Source: an uncultured bacterium (GTDB taxonomy: Bacteria; Pseudomonadota; Alphaproteobacteria; Sphingomonadales; Sphingomonadaceae). From it: a stretch of 42,058 nucleotides of DNA. The notes below the pieces were generated by a model. The model saw nothing but the letters and a program-made list of their open reading frames with translations, did no database searches and had not been told where the DNA came from. The stretch lies in NCBI GenBank assembly GCA_965977975.1, contig CBHCZH010000014.1, positions 1 through 42,058 on the forward strand. Direction: 5' to 3'. Below are positions 16,760 through 25,505 of the stretch, one piece after another (within the stretch, counting starts at the first letter, position 1; the number at the start of each line of letters is the position of its first letter). A program made the position numbers and the translations under genes.

Positions 16760-16883
16760 GGCCTTATTCGTGCCACAGTCATTGCCAAATGGGTAAAGTT
16801 TGTGGTGGGGCCGTTCGGTGCTAGTGCCCCGCGCAACAGGGGAAGCGCCGCAAGAGCGCATAGACGGGATTGCCACTCAGACG

Positions 16884-18611
16884 ATGACCGAACTCGTACC
16901 TACTCCCAACGATTGCCCGCTGCCGCGCCGCCGCGCGGACTTTGCGACGTTCACCGAGGCGGTGGACTATGCGGCGAGGAGCGCCAAGGGCCTCAATTTC
17001 CACGACGCGCGCGGCGTGCTGGAACGGGTCTATCCGTATTCCCAACTGCGCGCCGATGCGCTCGACATGGCCTATCGGCTGGTCGCCGCCGGCATCACCA
17101 AGGGCGACCGCGTCGCGCTGATCGCGGAGACCGGGCCGGAGTTCGCAGCGCTGTTCTGCGGTGCGATCTATGCCGGGGCCTGGCCGGTGCCGCTGCCGCT
17201 GCCGACCACCTTCGGCGGCAAGGAGAACTATATCGAGCAGCTCGGCGTGCAGCTCGAAAGCGCCGATCCCAAGCTGCTGCTCCATCCCGCCGAAATTGCC
17301 GAGATGGCATCCGCCGCGGCCGCCCGGCAGGGCTGCCAAGGCGCCGACTGGGAGAGCTTCGCCGAGCGAGAAGCGACCGAAGTCGCGCTTCCCGAAGCGG
17401 AGCCCGACGATATCTGCTACCTGCAGTACTCGTCCGGTTCGACCCGCTTCCCGACCGGCGTCGCCGTCACCCATCGCGCGCTGCTGCACAATCTCTACGG
17501 CCACGCCGCGACGATGGACATCGGCGAAGGCGACCGGGGCATCAGCTGGCTGCCGTGGTATCACGACATGGGCCTGGTCGGCTGCCTGCTGTCGCTGATC
17601 GCCAACCAGGTCTCGGCCGATTACCTGAAGACCGAGCACTTCGCCCGCCGCCCGCTCGCCTGGCTCGACCTGATCAGCCGCAACGAGGGCTCTTCGCTCT
17701 CCTACTCGCCCACCTTCGGATACGACATCTGCGCGCGCCGCATCTCGAGCCAGTCGAGCGTGGCCGAGCGCTTCGACCTGTCGCGCTGGCGGCTGGCCGG
17801 GAACGGCGCCGACATGATCCGGCCCGACGTGATGCAGAACTTCGTCAATGCCTTTGCCGAAGCCGGCTTCAAGGCAAGCGCGTTCACGCCCAGCTACGGC
17901 CTTGCCGAAGCGACGCTGGCGGTCACGGTGATGCCGCCCGGCGAAGGGATCCGCGTCGAGCTCGTCGAGGAAGAGCGCCTGTCAGGCACCAAGCGCGACT
18001 TGTCGCGTCCCGCGCGCTACCGCGCGATCGTCAACTGCGGCAAGCCGCTTCCCGACATGGAAGTCGAGATCCGAGGCGAAAACGGCAAAGCGAAGAAAGA
18101 CCACCAGATCGGCAAAGTCTGGTGCCGCGGGCCGAGCGTGATGCATTCGTACTTTCGCAACCCCGAAGCGACCGACGAATGCCTGGTCGGAGGTTGGCTC
18201 GACACCGGCGACATGGGCTACATGGCCGACGGTTACCTGTTCATCGTCGGCCGGGCGAAGGACATGATCATCATCAACGGCAAGAATCACTGGCCGCAGG
18301 ACATCGAGTGGGCGGTGGAGCAGTTGCCGGGCTTCAACCACGGCGACATCGCCGCTTTCGCGGTCGAGACCGACAACGGCGAGGAAACCGCCGCAGTGCT
18401 GGTCCACTGCCGCGTCTCCGATCCCGAGGAACGCGTCCGCCTGCGCGACACGATCCGCGACAAGGTGCGCTCGATCACCGGCATGAACTGCGTCGTCGAG
18501 CTGGTTCCGCCGCGAACGCTGCCACGCACCAGTTCGGGCAAGCTGAGCCGGGCCAAGGCGAAACGGCTCTACCTCTCGGGCGAGATCGAGCCGTTCCAGC
18601 TAGCGGCTTAG
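16884..18611 (+). CDS. fatty acyl-AMP ligase (FAAL) family adenylating enzyme
   Basis: A-domain core motifs (YLQYSSGSTRFPTGVAVTHRAL; YGLAEATLAV; WLDTGDMGY; GRAKDMIIINGKNHWPQDIE; SSGKLSRAKAKRLY). The FAAL-specific insertion region is present. 575 aa from ATG 16884. Confidence 0.85.
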   Translation: MTELVPTPNDCPLPRRRADFATFTEAVDYAARSAKGLNFHDARGVLERVYPYSQLRADALDMAYRLVAAGITKGDRVALIAETGPEFAALFCGAIYAGAWPVPLPLPTTFGGKENYIEQLGVQLESADPKLLLHPAEIAEMASAAAARQGCQGADWESFAEREATEVALPEAEPDDICYLQYSSGSTRFPTGVAVTHRALLHNLYGHAATMDIGEGDRGISWLPWYHDMGLVGCLLSLIANQVSADYLKTEHFARRPLAWLDLISRNEGSSLSYSPTFGYDICARRISSQSSVAERFDLSRWRLAGNGADMIRPDVMQNFVNAFAEAGFKASAFTPSYGLAEATLAVTVMPPGEGIRVELVEEERLSGTKRDLSRPARYRAIVNCGKPLPDMEVEIRGENGKAKKDHQIGKVWCRGPSVMHSYFRNPEATDECLVGGWLDTGDMGYMADGYLFIVGRAKDMIIINGKNHWPQDIEWAVEQLPGFNHGDIAAFAVETDNGEETAAVLVHCRVSDPEERVRLRDTIRDKVRSITGMNCVVELVPPRTLPRTSSGKLSRAKAKRLYLSGEIEPFQLAA

Positions 18612-18955
18612 AGCGTCATCAAGTAGCGAATCATCGCCCCCCGTCAAAATGGCATCGTCTTGCGATTGGCACCGATGCGCAAGCTCAGCCGCGCTAAGGT
18701 CGAGTTCTAGCGTTAGATCGAGCCATTCAATCTGAGGGCTTGGCCATCAAATCCAGCGGACCGGGCGAAAGCCGCACCCCGCCCGAAATCGCTCTGCCTA
18801 TGGTTGGTGAAAAAACCCAACTTGAGGCGCAGTACTTTCCGATTCCGCGCGCCCTGATTGGAGAAAGCACGCAATTCCGCCGTTTTCTCAAACTGGCACG
18901 GCTCCTGCAGAGCATCTCGCATCGGCGGATGTCCCGCCCGAACGAGACAAGGGGA

Positions 18956-19096
18956 ATGAACATGACGCTCTTTTCGAACTACGCCCAGCACGCTTTCGCC
19001 GCCATCGGCGCGCTTGCCATCTCGGCTCTGCTGTTCGCCAATACGCTCGCCACTCAGGCCGCCGAAGTTCACTCGGTCGCCGGCATCCTCGCCTGA
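18956..19096 (+). CDS. small hydrophobic peptide (46 aa; one TM/signal-like helix)
   Basis: AAGGGGAA sits upstream of tandem ATGs (18956, 18962). Sequence MNMTLFSNYAQHAFAAIGALAISALLFANTLATQAAEVHSVAGILA. Preceded by a ~340-bp lower-GC untranslated region. Confidence 0.3.
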   Translation: MNMTLFSNYAQHAFAAIGALAISALLFANTLATQAAEVHSVAGILA

Positions 19097-19212
19097 TTAG
19101 CCCTTTCGCTCGCGGCCGCGTTGCGGCACGTTCAGGCCGTCCGGGATGCCGGCCTTGAACAGCGTGTCTTGCCTGCTTAATACAGTGATGCTTGCCGGAA
19201 GGGGATGAGCGA

Positions 19213-20424
19213 ATGGCCACGACCAACGAGACCACGACCAAGACCAAGACGGCTCCGGACCTCGAGCTGACCCCGCCCGATCCGGTGCCGATGGTCGTGC
19301 CCAACAAGGCCGCCGGCCTGGTCCCGGTCGATGCCGAGAAGAAGTCGGCGCTCGAGGAGAAAGTCGACGGTTTCGTCGCCGAACTGGTCGCGCTCGACGC
19401 GCAGTCGCCCGATTTCGGCAAGAAGGTCGACCAGATCACCAGCATGGGCCGCAAGGAAATCACCGTCGCGGCCGGCATGTCGAACCGCTTCCTCGACCGC
19501 CCGGTGCGCGCGATGGACCAGGAATCGGGCGTCGGCCGCGATCTCGCCGAACTGCGCCGCACGGTCGAGGACCTCGATCCCGGCCGCAAGGGCAAGATGA
19601 GCGGGCGCAAGCTGTTCGGGATTATCCCGTTCGGCAATTCTCTCAAGCGCTACTTCGACAGCTACACCTCGGCGCAGGGCCACATCCAGGCGATCCTCGC
19701 CCGCCTCGCCAGCGGCAAGGACGAGCTGTTGATGGACAACGCCGCGATCGACGTCGAGCGCCAGAAGCTGTGGGAGGCCATGGGCAAGCTCGAGCAGATG
19801 GTCCACATCGCCAAGACGCTCGACGACCGGCTCGAGGAAGAGGCCGCGAACCTCGATGCGACCGATCCGGCCAAGGCCAAGGCGATCCGCGAGTCCGCGC
19901 TGTTCTACGTCCGCCAGCGGACCCAGGACCTGCTCACCCAGATGGCGGTCAGCGTGCAGGGCTACCTCGCGCTCGACCTGGTCAAGAAGAACAACGTCGA
20001 GCTGGTCAAAGGCGTCGACCGCGCCAGCACGACCACCGTCGGCGCGCTGCGCACCGCGGTGACCGTGGCGCAGGCGATGACCAACCAGCGGCTCGTGCTG
20101 CAGCAGATCACCTCGCTCAACGAGACCACCGCGGGGATCATCGATTCGACCGGCAAGCTGCTGCGCGAGAACACCGCCAAGATCCACGAGCAGGCGGCCT
20201 CGAGCACGATCCCGATGGAGACGCTGCAGCGCGCGTTCCAGAACATCTACGACACGATGGACGCGGTCGACACCTTCAAGGTCAAGGCGCTCGCCAACAT
20301 GAAGCAGACCGTCGACGTGCTTTCGACCGAGGTGGAGAAGTCGAAAGGCTACATCGCCCGCGCCGAAGGCCAGGCCCAGGCGTCGAAGGCGGCGCAGGAG
20401 CCGTCTCTGCTGACGGCTGATTGA
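19213..20424 (+). CDS. TelA/KlaA family toxic-anion-resistance protein
   Basis: ~400 aa, predominantly alpha-helical, with conserved TelA blocks (…KLFGIIPFGNSLKRYFDSY…QGHIQAILARLASGKDELLMDNAAID…). The upstream TTG at 19192 is rejected in favour of ATG 19213. Confidence 0.8.
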   Translation: MATTNETTTKTKTAPDLELTPPDPVPMVVPNKAAGLVPVDAEKKSALEEKVDGFVAELVALDAQSPDFGKKVDQITSMGRKEITVAAGMSNRFLDRPVRAMDQESGVGRDLAELRRTVEDLDPGRKGKMSGRKLFGIIPFGNSLKRYFDSYTSAQGHIQAILARLASGKDELLMDNAAIDVERQKLWEAMGKLEQMVHIAKTLDDRLEEEAANLDATDPAKAKAIRESALFYVRQRTQDLLTQMAVSVQGYLALDLVKKNNVELVKGVDRASTTTVGALRTAVTVAQAMTNQRLVLQQITSLNETTAGIIDSTGKLLRENTAKIHEQAASSTIPMETLQRAFQNIYDTMDAVDTFKVKALANMKQTVDVLSTEVEKSKGYIARAEGQAQASKAAQEPSLLTAD

Positions 20425-20463
20425 TCGTTCCGGTGCTCACCCACATCAAATTGAATCGCAGAA

Positions 20464-20576
20464 CCCCCTCCGCCTTGAGGGCGAGGGTCGGCGTGGGGGT
20501 ACTCGGCGCCAACGCCGGCGCGAGGCCTATCGGTCTCGCTCCCCCACCCCCGACCCCTCCCCGCCGGGGAGGGGAG
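20464..20576. repeat. GC-rich palindromic intergenic repeat (REP/MITE-like), two inverted units
   Basis: Unit A1 20464-20499 (CCCCCTCCGCCTTGAGGGCGAGGGTCGGCGTGGGGG) and unit A2 20539-20576 (reverse complement CTCCCCTCCCCGGCGGGGAGGGGTCGGGGGTGGGGG). They share the core CTCCCCTCCC-N5/6-GGGAGGGGTCGGGGGTGGG with the 26937-27029 locus. Confidence 0.7.
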
Positions 20577-20602
20577 TTTCGATCCAGGCAGGACCAGCTT
20601 TA

Positions 20603-21409
20603 ATGGCGCGCGACCTGTCCCGGGAAAGCGAACGGGCGTTCGAAGAGGGCCGCGCCCTCTTGCGCGACAACCGTGCCGGCGGGCGTCACCGCCGTGCGGT
20701 GTCGATCGGCAAGGGCTCCGCCGAGCTCAAGCAGCGTAACCTGATGAAGCGGATCAAGCTGATCGGCGTCTCTCTGCTCGGCATCGTGCTTGCCGCCATG
20801 GTGGCCGGGCTGGTGCTCGACGGAATTGGCTTCACCGGGGTCATGATCGCTTTCTTAGCGGTAGTCGCGGCGACGATCCTGTTCTCGAACTATCCCAAGG
20901 TGCGGATTCCGAAGCGCAGCGATCTCAATACCGGCGACGTGCGCCACATGGTCTCTCGCACCGAGCTGTGGCTCGAACACCAGCGCCCCGCGCTGCCGCC
21001 ACCCGCGGTGACGCTGGTCGACCAGATCGGCGTCCAGCTCGACGCGCTTGGACTCCAACTCGAGCATGTCGATCCGCTTCATCCGGCGGCGGTCGAGACC
21101 CGCAAGCTCGTCGGCGAGACGCTGCCCGGGATGATCGACGCCTACCGCAAGATTCCGGCGCACTTGCGGCGCGAGGAACGCGCCGGCGGCACGCCCGACG
21201 GGCAGCTGGTCGAAAGCCTCGGCAAGATCAGCAGGGAGATCGATCACGTGACCCGTCAGCTAGCCGACGGCGCGCTCGACGACCTCGCGATCCGCACTCG
21301 CTACCTCGATTACCGCTACGGCGCGGAAGGCGAGCCCGAAGCCCTGCCGGCGCCCGATCCGCTCGAGCAGCTCAATCGCCTCCCCGACAGAGACAAACAG
21401 GAGCACTGA
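20603..21409 (+). CDS. XpaC-like (5-bromo-4-chloroindolyl phosphate hydrolysis protein family) membrane protein
   Basis: Two N-terminal TM helices (LIGVSLLGIVLAAMVAGLVL / GVMIAFLAVVAATILF), then a ~190-aa soluble domain. This is the architecture of XpaC, the conserved genomic partner of TelA. An alternative ATG at 20744 starts directly at the TM region. Confidence 0.6.
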   Translation: MARDLSRESERAFEEGRALLRDNRAGGRHRRAVSIGKGSAELKQRNLMKRIKLIGVSLLGIVLAAMVAGLVLDGIGFTGVMIAFLAVVAATILFSNYPKVRIPKRSDLNTGDVRHMVSRTELWLEHQRPALPPPAVTLVDQIGVQLDALGLQLEHVDPLHPAAVETRKLVGETLPGMIDAYRKIPAHLRREERAGGTPDGQLVESLGKISREIDHVTRQLADGALDDLAIRTRYLDYRYGAEGEPEALPAPDPLEQLNRLPDRDKQEH

Positions 21410-21714
21410 TGGAAGTCGCCATCCCCCACTCGCTCGGCAGGGAGACGGTGCGCGAGCGGCTGCGCACGCGCGGTCATCTCATCGGCGAGAACATTCCCGG
21501 CGGCATGGCCGAAGTCGTCACCGGCTGGCCGAGCGAGGACCGGATGACGTTGACCGTCACCGCCATGGGCCAGTCGATCAACGCGCATGTCGATATCGAG
21601 GAGCGCCAGATCGTGTTCGTCGTCGACGTCCCGCCCGCGCTCGGCTTCATCAAGCCGATCATCGAAGGCGCACTACGCCAGCAGGGCGAGAAGCTTCTGC
21701 TCCCGGGGAGCTAG
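21410..21714 (+). CDS. small protein resembling the putative polyhydroxyalkanoic-acid system protein family (PHA_gran_rgn-like), 101 aa
   Basis: ATG overlaps or abuts the XpaC-like TGA (TGATGG). MEVAIPHSLGRETVRERLR… and C-terminal …ALGFIKPIIEGALRQQGEKLL resemble the ~90-aa PHA_gran_rgn family. Confidence 0.5.
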
Positions 21715-22352
21715 CTGGCGACTTCGAGTTTCGTGCCGGCCAGCTCGAGTCGGCCCAGGAAATCCCTAAACGTCGCCATGTCGGCAGCCCGGTGAGCGGC
21801 GTCGGTCGCTAATCGAACGGTGTAGAGAAACTCGATCCGATCACGACCGAAACCGCGATCCTTTTCACGCTCTCTTGAGAAGAACGCGACAACGACCTTC
21901 TCCTGACCATCCTCCCGGAGTTCGCGGCAGGAAACGGTCCAACCCGCACCGGGTGGAACGGTGGTGTCGATCACACCTCGCGCGGACGCGTCAGGGCAAT
22001 AGAAGGCCGCTGCCTCCCTGCGTGAATGCTCGGCCGCGTTGTAGTCAACCCAGATCGATATCGCCCGGTCGGCACGGACGCCCGGCGCCTCCTTCGTACA
22101 GTCGCTCTGCAACCGCTGGTGAAAGCCGTGAATGTGACCGCCCGAGTCCGAGGTGCAGACCGGGCTGCCCGCCGGGAAGACGGCGACGATCGCGTATTCG
22201 TCGTTGATCGCGATCTCGCTCTCCAGCGGCGTGTGCCGCATCCGCTCCAACGCGTCGCCAAAGGCATCCTCGGTCGCCGGGGATGCCTCTTCCTGGGCCT
22301 GGCACCCGCTCAGCGCGAGGACGGCGGCGCCCAGAAGGCAAGGCAGGCGCAC
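21711..22352 (-). CDS. hypothetical lipoprotein
   Basis: GTG start shares one nt with the DUF2721 stop (TAGTG). GGAGCGGAAG sits upstream. Lipobox LALSGCQ. 213 aa. The 420-aa track ORF is a GC-driven over-extension. Confidence 0.5.
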   Translation of the reverse strand: MRLPCLLGAAVLALSGCQAQEEASPATEDAFGDALERMRHTPLESEIAINDEYAIVAVFPAGSPVCTSDSGGHIHGFHQRLQSDCTKEAPGVRADRAISIWVDYNAAEHSRREAAAFYCPDASARGVIDTTVPPGAGWTVSCRELREDGQEKVVVAFFSREREKDRGFGRDRIEFLYTVRLATDAAHRAADMATFRDFLGRLELAGTKLEVAS

Positions 22353-22807
22353 TAAAGCTTCCGCTCCTTCTCCAGATAGGTTTCCGGAATCCGCAGCACC
22401 GCGGTGGCGTGGCGGGTTTCGCGCAAGAACAGCGTCAGCGCGAACATCAGCAGCCCGATCGCGACCATGAACGCGGCCGCCGCGACCTGCTGCAGGTTCA
22501 CATCGAGCAGTTCCTCGAGGAACAGCAGCGCCACGCACAGCCCGATCGTCAGGCCGCTCAGCACCAGCGCGAAGATCGCGCGGCTGATCGTCGCGATGCG
22601 CCGGTCGACGGTGCGGATCTCGCGCACCACCCGGTCGTGCTCGGCCCCGCTCGTCGTGCCGTGCAGTTCCTGCAGCACCCGCGAGCGGTCGACCACCCGG
22701 CCGAGCCGGGTCGCGAGGATGTTCATGATGTTGCCGATCGCGACCAGCACGAACACCGGCGCTAGCGCCAGCTGGATCGTCTGCGCGATCATCCCCGAAC
22801 CGCCCAT
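22352..22807 (-). CDS. DUF2721 domain membrane protein
   Basis: 151 aa, 3 TM helices. N-terminal …QLALAPVFVLVAIGNIMNILATRLGRVVDRSR… is characteristic of DUF2721. Confidence 0.75.
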   Translation of the reverse strand: MGGSGMIAQTIQLALAPVFVLVAIGNIMNILATRLGRVVDRSRVLQELHGTTSGAEHDRVVREIRTVDRRIATISRAIFALVLSGLTIGLCVALLFLEELLDVNLQQVAAAAFMVAIGLLMFALTLFLRETRHATAVLRIPETYLEKERKL

Positions 22808-22819
22808 TGCCCGCCCCTC

Positions 22820-23854
22820 TTACTGGTTGACCGCGCCGCTCAGCTTGCCCACCTTCTGTGCGCCCGCCATCGTCGTGACCAGCACTTCGTCGCCGTCGAC
22901 CACGATGGCGATGTCCTCGAGCCCAATCACCGAGATGCGCGGCCCGTCGGTCTCGGCGAGCACGTTGCGGCAATCGACCAGCTCGACATTGCCGCGAGTG
23001 CGATTGCCGTTGGCGTCGCCCGGCCGCGCGTCGCGCAGCGCCTGCCAGTTGCCGATGTCGGACCAGCCCATCGCCACCGGGACCACCGCGGCGCGGGTGG
23101 TGTTCTCCATCACCGCATAGTCGACCGATTCGGGCTCGATCGCCGCGAAAGCGCCAGCATTAGGGTGAAAGGCGCCGCCGTCATCGTGCCCGCCTTCCAC
23201 CGCGGCGCGCACCGCTTCGGCCATCGCCGGGCGGTGCCGCGCGAGCTCGTCGAGGAACGTGCCCGCCTTGAACACGAAGATGCCACCGTTCCAGCTGTAG
23301 TGGCCGTCGGCGAGGAAGCGTTCGGAAGTGGCGAGATCGGGCTTCTCGACGAAACGCTCGACCTGGAAGCCTCCCTCCAGCGGCGCGCCGCGGCGGATGT
23401 AGCCATAGCCGGTCTCGGGTGCGGTCGGAGTAATGCCGAACGAGACCAGCCAATCGTCTTCGGCGAGCTTCGCCGCGGCGCAGGCCGCGTCGCGGAACGC
23501 AGGGACATCAGCAATGTGATGGTCACTTGGGCAAACCAGCATAATGGCATCGGCCGGGAGCCGGTGTGCGGCGAGCGCGATGGCCGGCGCGGTGTTCTTC
23601 GCCATCGGCTCGACGATCACCCGAGTGCCGGGATGACCGACCGCTTGCGCCTCGACATGGCTGCGATGGCCGACGCCGGTGACGACGATCGGATCGCCGA
23701 ACCGCTCGGCGTCGGCACAACGGCCGAGCGTGGCTTCGAACAGGGTGTCCTCGTCGACCAGCGGCAGGAACGGCTTGGGCGCCTGCTTGCGGCTACGGGG
23801 CCACAGCCGCGTGCCGCTCCCGCCGCACAGAACGACCGGGTAAATCATTGCCAT
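22820..23854 (-). CDS. mannose-1-phosphate guanylyltransferase (nucleotidyltransferase domain only)
   Basis: PVVLCGGSGTRLWPRSRKQAPKPF… (G-x-G-T-R-L NTP-transferase signature); …HRLPADAIMLVCPSDHHI…. No C-terminal PMI/cupin domain. Confidence 0.85.
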   Translation of the reverse strand: MAMIYPVVLCGGSGTRLWPRSRKQAPKPFLPLVDEDTLFEATLGRCADAERFGDPIVVTGVGHRSHVEAQAVGHPGTRVIVEPMAKNTAPAIALAAHRLPADAIMLVCPSDHHIADVPAFRDAACAAAKLAEDDWLVSFGITPTAPETGYGYIRRGAPLEGGFQVERFVEKPDLATSERFLADGHYSWNGGIFVFKAGTFLDELARHRPAMAEAVRAAVEGGHDDGGAFHPNAGAFAAIEPESVDYAVMENTTRAAVVPVAMGWSDIGNWQALRDARPGDANGNRTRGNVELVDCRNVLAETDGPRISVIGLEDIAIVVDGDEVLVTTMAGAQKVGKLSGAVNQ

Positions 23855-23920
23855 TGCTTGCGAACGTCCTTCGGTCCCGATTTTGCTAACGCAGTGTAGA
23901 ACGCACCCGTTCCGAAGTCA

Positions 23921-24628
23921 TCAGAACCACCGCTGGCGCCACCGATATATGCCGACCACGGGCTCGCCGTCGGCATTCAACCGCGGCCGGAACACGAAGC
24001 GCTCGGTCGCGAGACGACAGGTGATCGCATCGGCTTGCGGGTCGGGACTGGGATCGGTGATCCGGCACGCGGTTACGCGTCCGGCGGTGCCGACGGTTAG
24101 CTCGATGACCACGTCGTGGCCGCGCCGAACCTGCCTCCCACCCGGTGGCGTCGGGTAGTCGCGCGCGTTGTCGATCGAGCCGGAAATCAGCTCGAGCGGC
24201 CGCGCGCCGCCCCCTCGGTCACTGCCTGCGCCGCCGCTGCCTGTACCTTCCCCCTCCCCGCCGGCTCCTGTGCCCTCGCCGCGGTCGCGGGCGCCGGAGC
24301 TGTTCTCCTGACCGGTTGAGGACGCGCGCGGGGCCGGCTGCGGTCTCGGCAACGGCGCTTCGGGAGCCGCGACCTCGCGCGGCGTGGCTTCACGACCTTC
24401 CTCGGCCTCCGCGCCGGCATCGAGTTCCGGTTCGGGCTCAGGCAATGGTTCGGGCGGCGCGGTGATGGTGACCGAAACCAGCGACCCGGCGCTCTTCACG
24501 ACCTTGGCGGTAAAGTCGGGTGCGAATACCCGCGCCAGCCCGGCGAGAGCCGCCACGTGGAACAGCACGACAAGGGTCAGCGTGCCCCAGCGCGGCCGCC
24601 GCGACGGCCTATGGCCGCTGGCTGGCAT
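23921..24628 (-). CDS. energy transducer TonB family protein
   Basis: N-terminal TM anchor, a Pro/Glu-rich spacer (PPEPLPEPEPE…), and the C-terminal TonB domain (…VIELTVGTAGRVTACRITDPSPDPQADAITCRLATERFVFRPRL…). Confidence 0.8.
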   Translation of the reverse strand: MPASGHRPSRRPRWGTLTLVVLFHVAALAGLARVFAPDFTAKVVKSAGSLVSVTITAPPEPLPEPEPELDAGAEAEEGREATPREVAAPEAPLPRPQPAPRASSTGQENSSGARDRGEGTGAGGEGEGTGSGGAGSDRGGGARPLELISGSIDNARDYPTPPGGRQVRRGHDVVIELTVGTAGRVTACRITDPSPDPQADAITCRLATERFVFRPRLNADGEPVVGIYRWRQRWF

Positions 24629-25427
24629 GCTCGGGCACGCTCAACTCGCGACCGACGCGCAGTTCGCCCTCGCCGTAGAGGTAGTCGGGGTTGAAGCCCG
24701 CGAATTCCTCGAGGCGAGCGCGATCCCTGACGTAGAGCGTGCCGCGTCGGAATTCGGCGATCCCTTCCTTGCGCATCAGGCCGAGGGCGCGGTTCATGTG
24801 GATCGCCGTGGTGCCGCACATGTCGGCGAGGTCGGCCTGGATCAGCGGGGTGCGCAGGCCATCGCGACGGCCGAGGCCGACCAGATCGAGCCGGTGCCAC
24901 AGCTCGGCAAACACGTGCGCTACGCGGCGCGGCGCCGGCAGCTGCTCCATCTTGAGGATCCATTGCCGGTGGATGGCCGCGTCGAGAAGGGTCGAGAACC
25001 ACATCAGCCGGGTCAGGTGCGGATGGCGCTCGACCACCTGCTCGAGCCGCGCATGGCTGACGTAACCGACCAGCGCATCGCCAAGCGCGACGACGGTGTG
25101 ATCGAGCCGCTTGAGCGCGAAGCCGTGCAGGTCGGCAAAGTCGCCCGGAACATGGATGCCGACGACGAAGCGGCGCCCCTCCTCGACGATCGTGCGCAGC
25201 AGATAGCCTTCGACCAGCAACGTCGAGCGGTCGGCGAGCTGGCCGCGTTCGAGCAATGTCGATCCCGCCCGCACGCGCTCGGTCTCCTCGACCAGCGCTT
25301 CAAGGATGTCCTTCTCCGCGACGCTCAAAGCATGGCGCAGCCGCCCCAGCAGGAAGCGTCCCGTCAGCGGATAACTTTGTACCTCGTCGATCCCCGCCAT
25401 GGAGACAAAATTGCTCGAACACGCCAT
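24609..25427 (-). CDS. Crp/Fnr family transcriptional regulator
   Basis: cNMP-binding beta-roll, then a C-terminal HTH (…ADLADMCGTTAIHMNRALGLMRKEGIAEF…). The stop overlaps the TonB start by 20 nt. An alternative start at 25481 is possible. Confidence 0.8.
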   Translation of the reverse strand: MACSSNFVSMAGIDEVQSYPLTGRFLLGRLRHALSVAEKDILEALVEETERVRAGSTLLERGQLADRSTLLVEGYLLRTIVEEGRRFVVGIHVPGDFADLHGFALKRLDHTVVALGDALVGYVSHARLEQVVERHPHLTRLMWFSTLLDAAIHRQWILKMEQLPAPRRVAHVFAELWHRLDLVGLGRRDGLRTPLIQADLADMCGTTAIHMNRALGLMRKEGIAEFRRGTLYVRDRARLEEFAGFNPDYLYGEGELRVGRELSVPEHASQRP

Positions 25428-25505
25428 GGTTCCGCGCGGGAGAAGGGGAGCAGCGCGGCGGGCGCCGCATCGGCGAGCCACTCCACCGAGCTGCGCAGAG
25501 TCTTT

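Noticed and set aside
18612-18955. Riboswitch identity (SAM-II, ykkC, glycine, etc.) for the low-GC leader after the FAAL gene
   Set aside because: No recognisable conserved riboswitch core could be matched by eye. Retained only as an unexplained leader in the FAAL finding.
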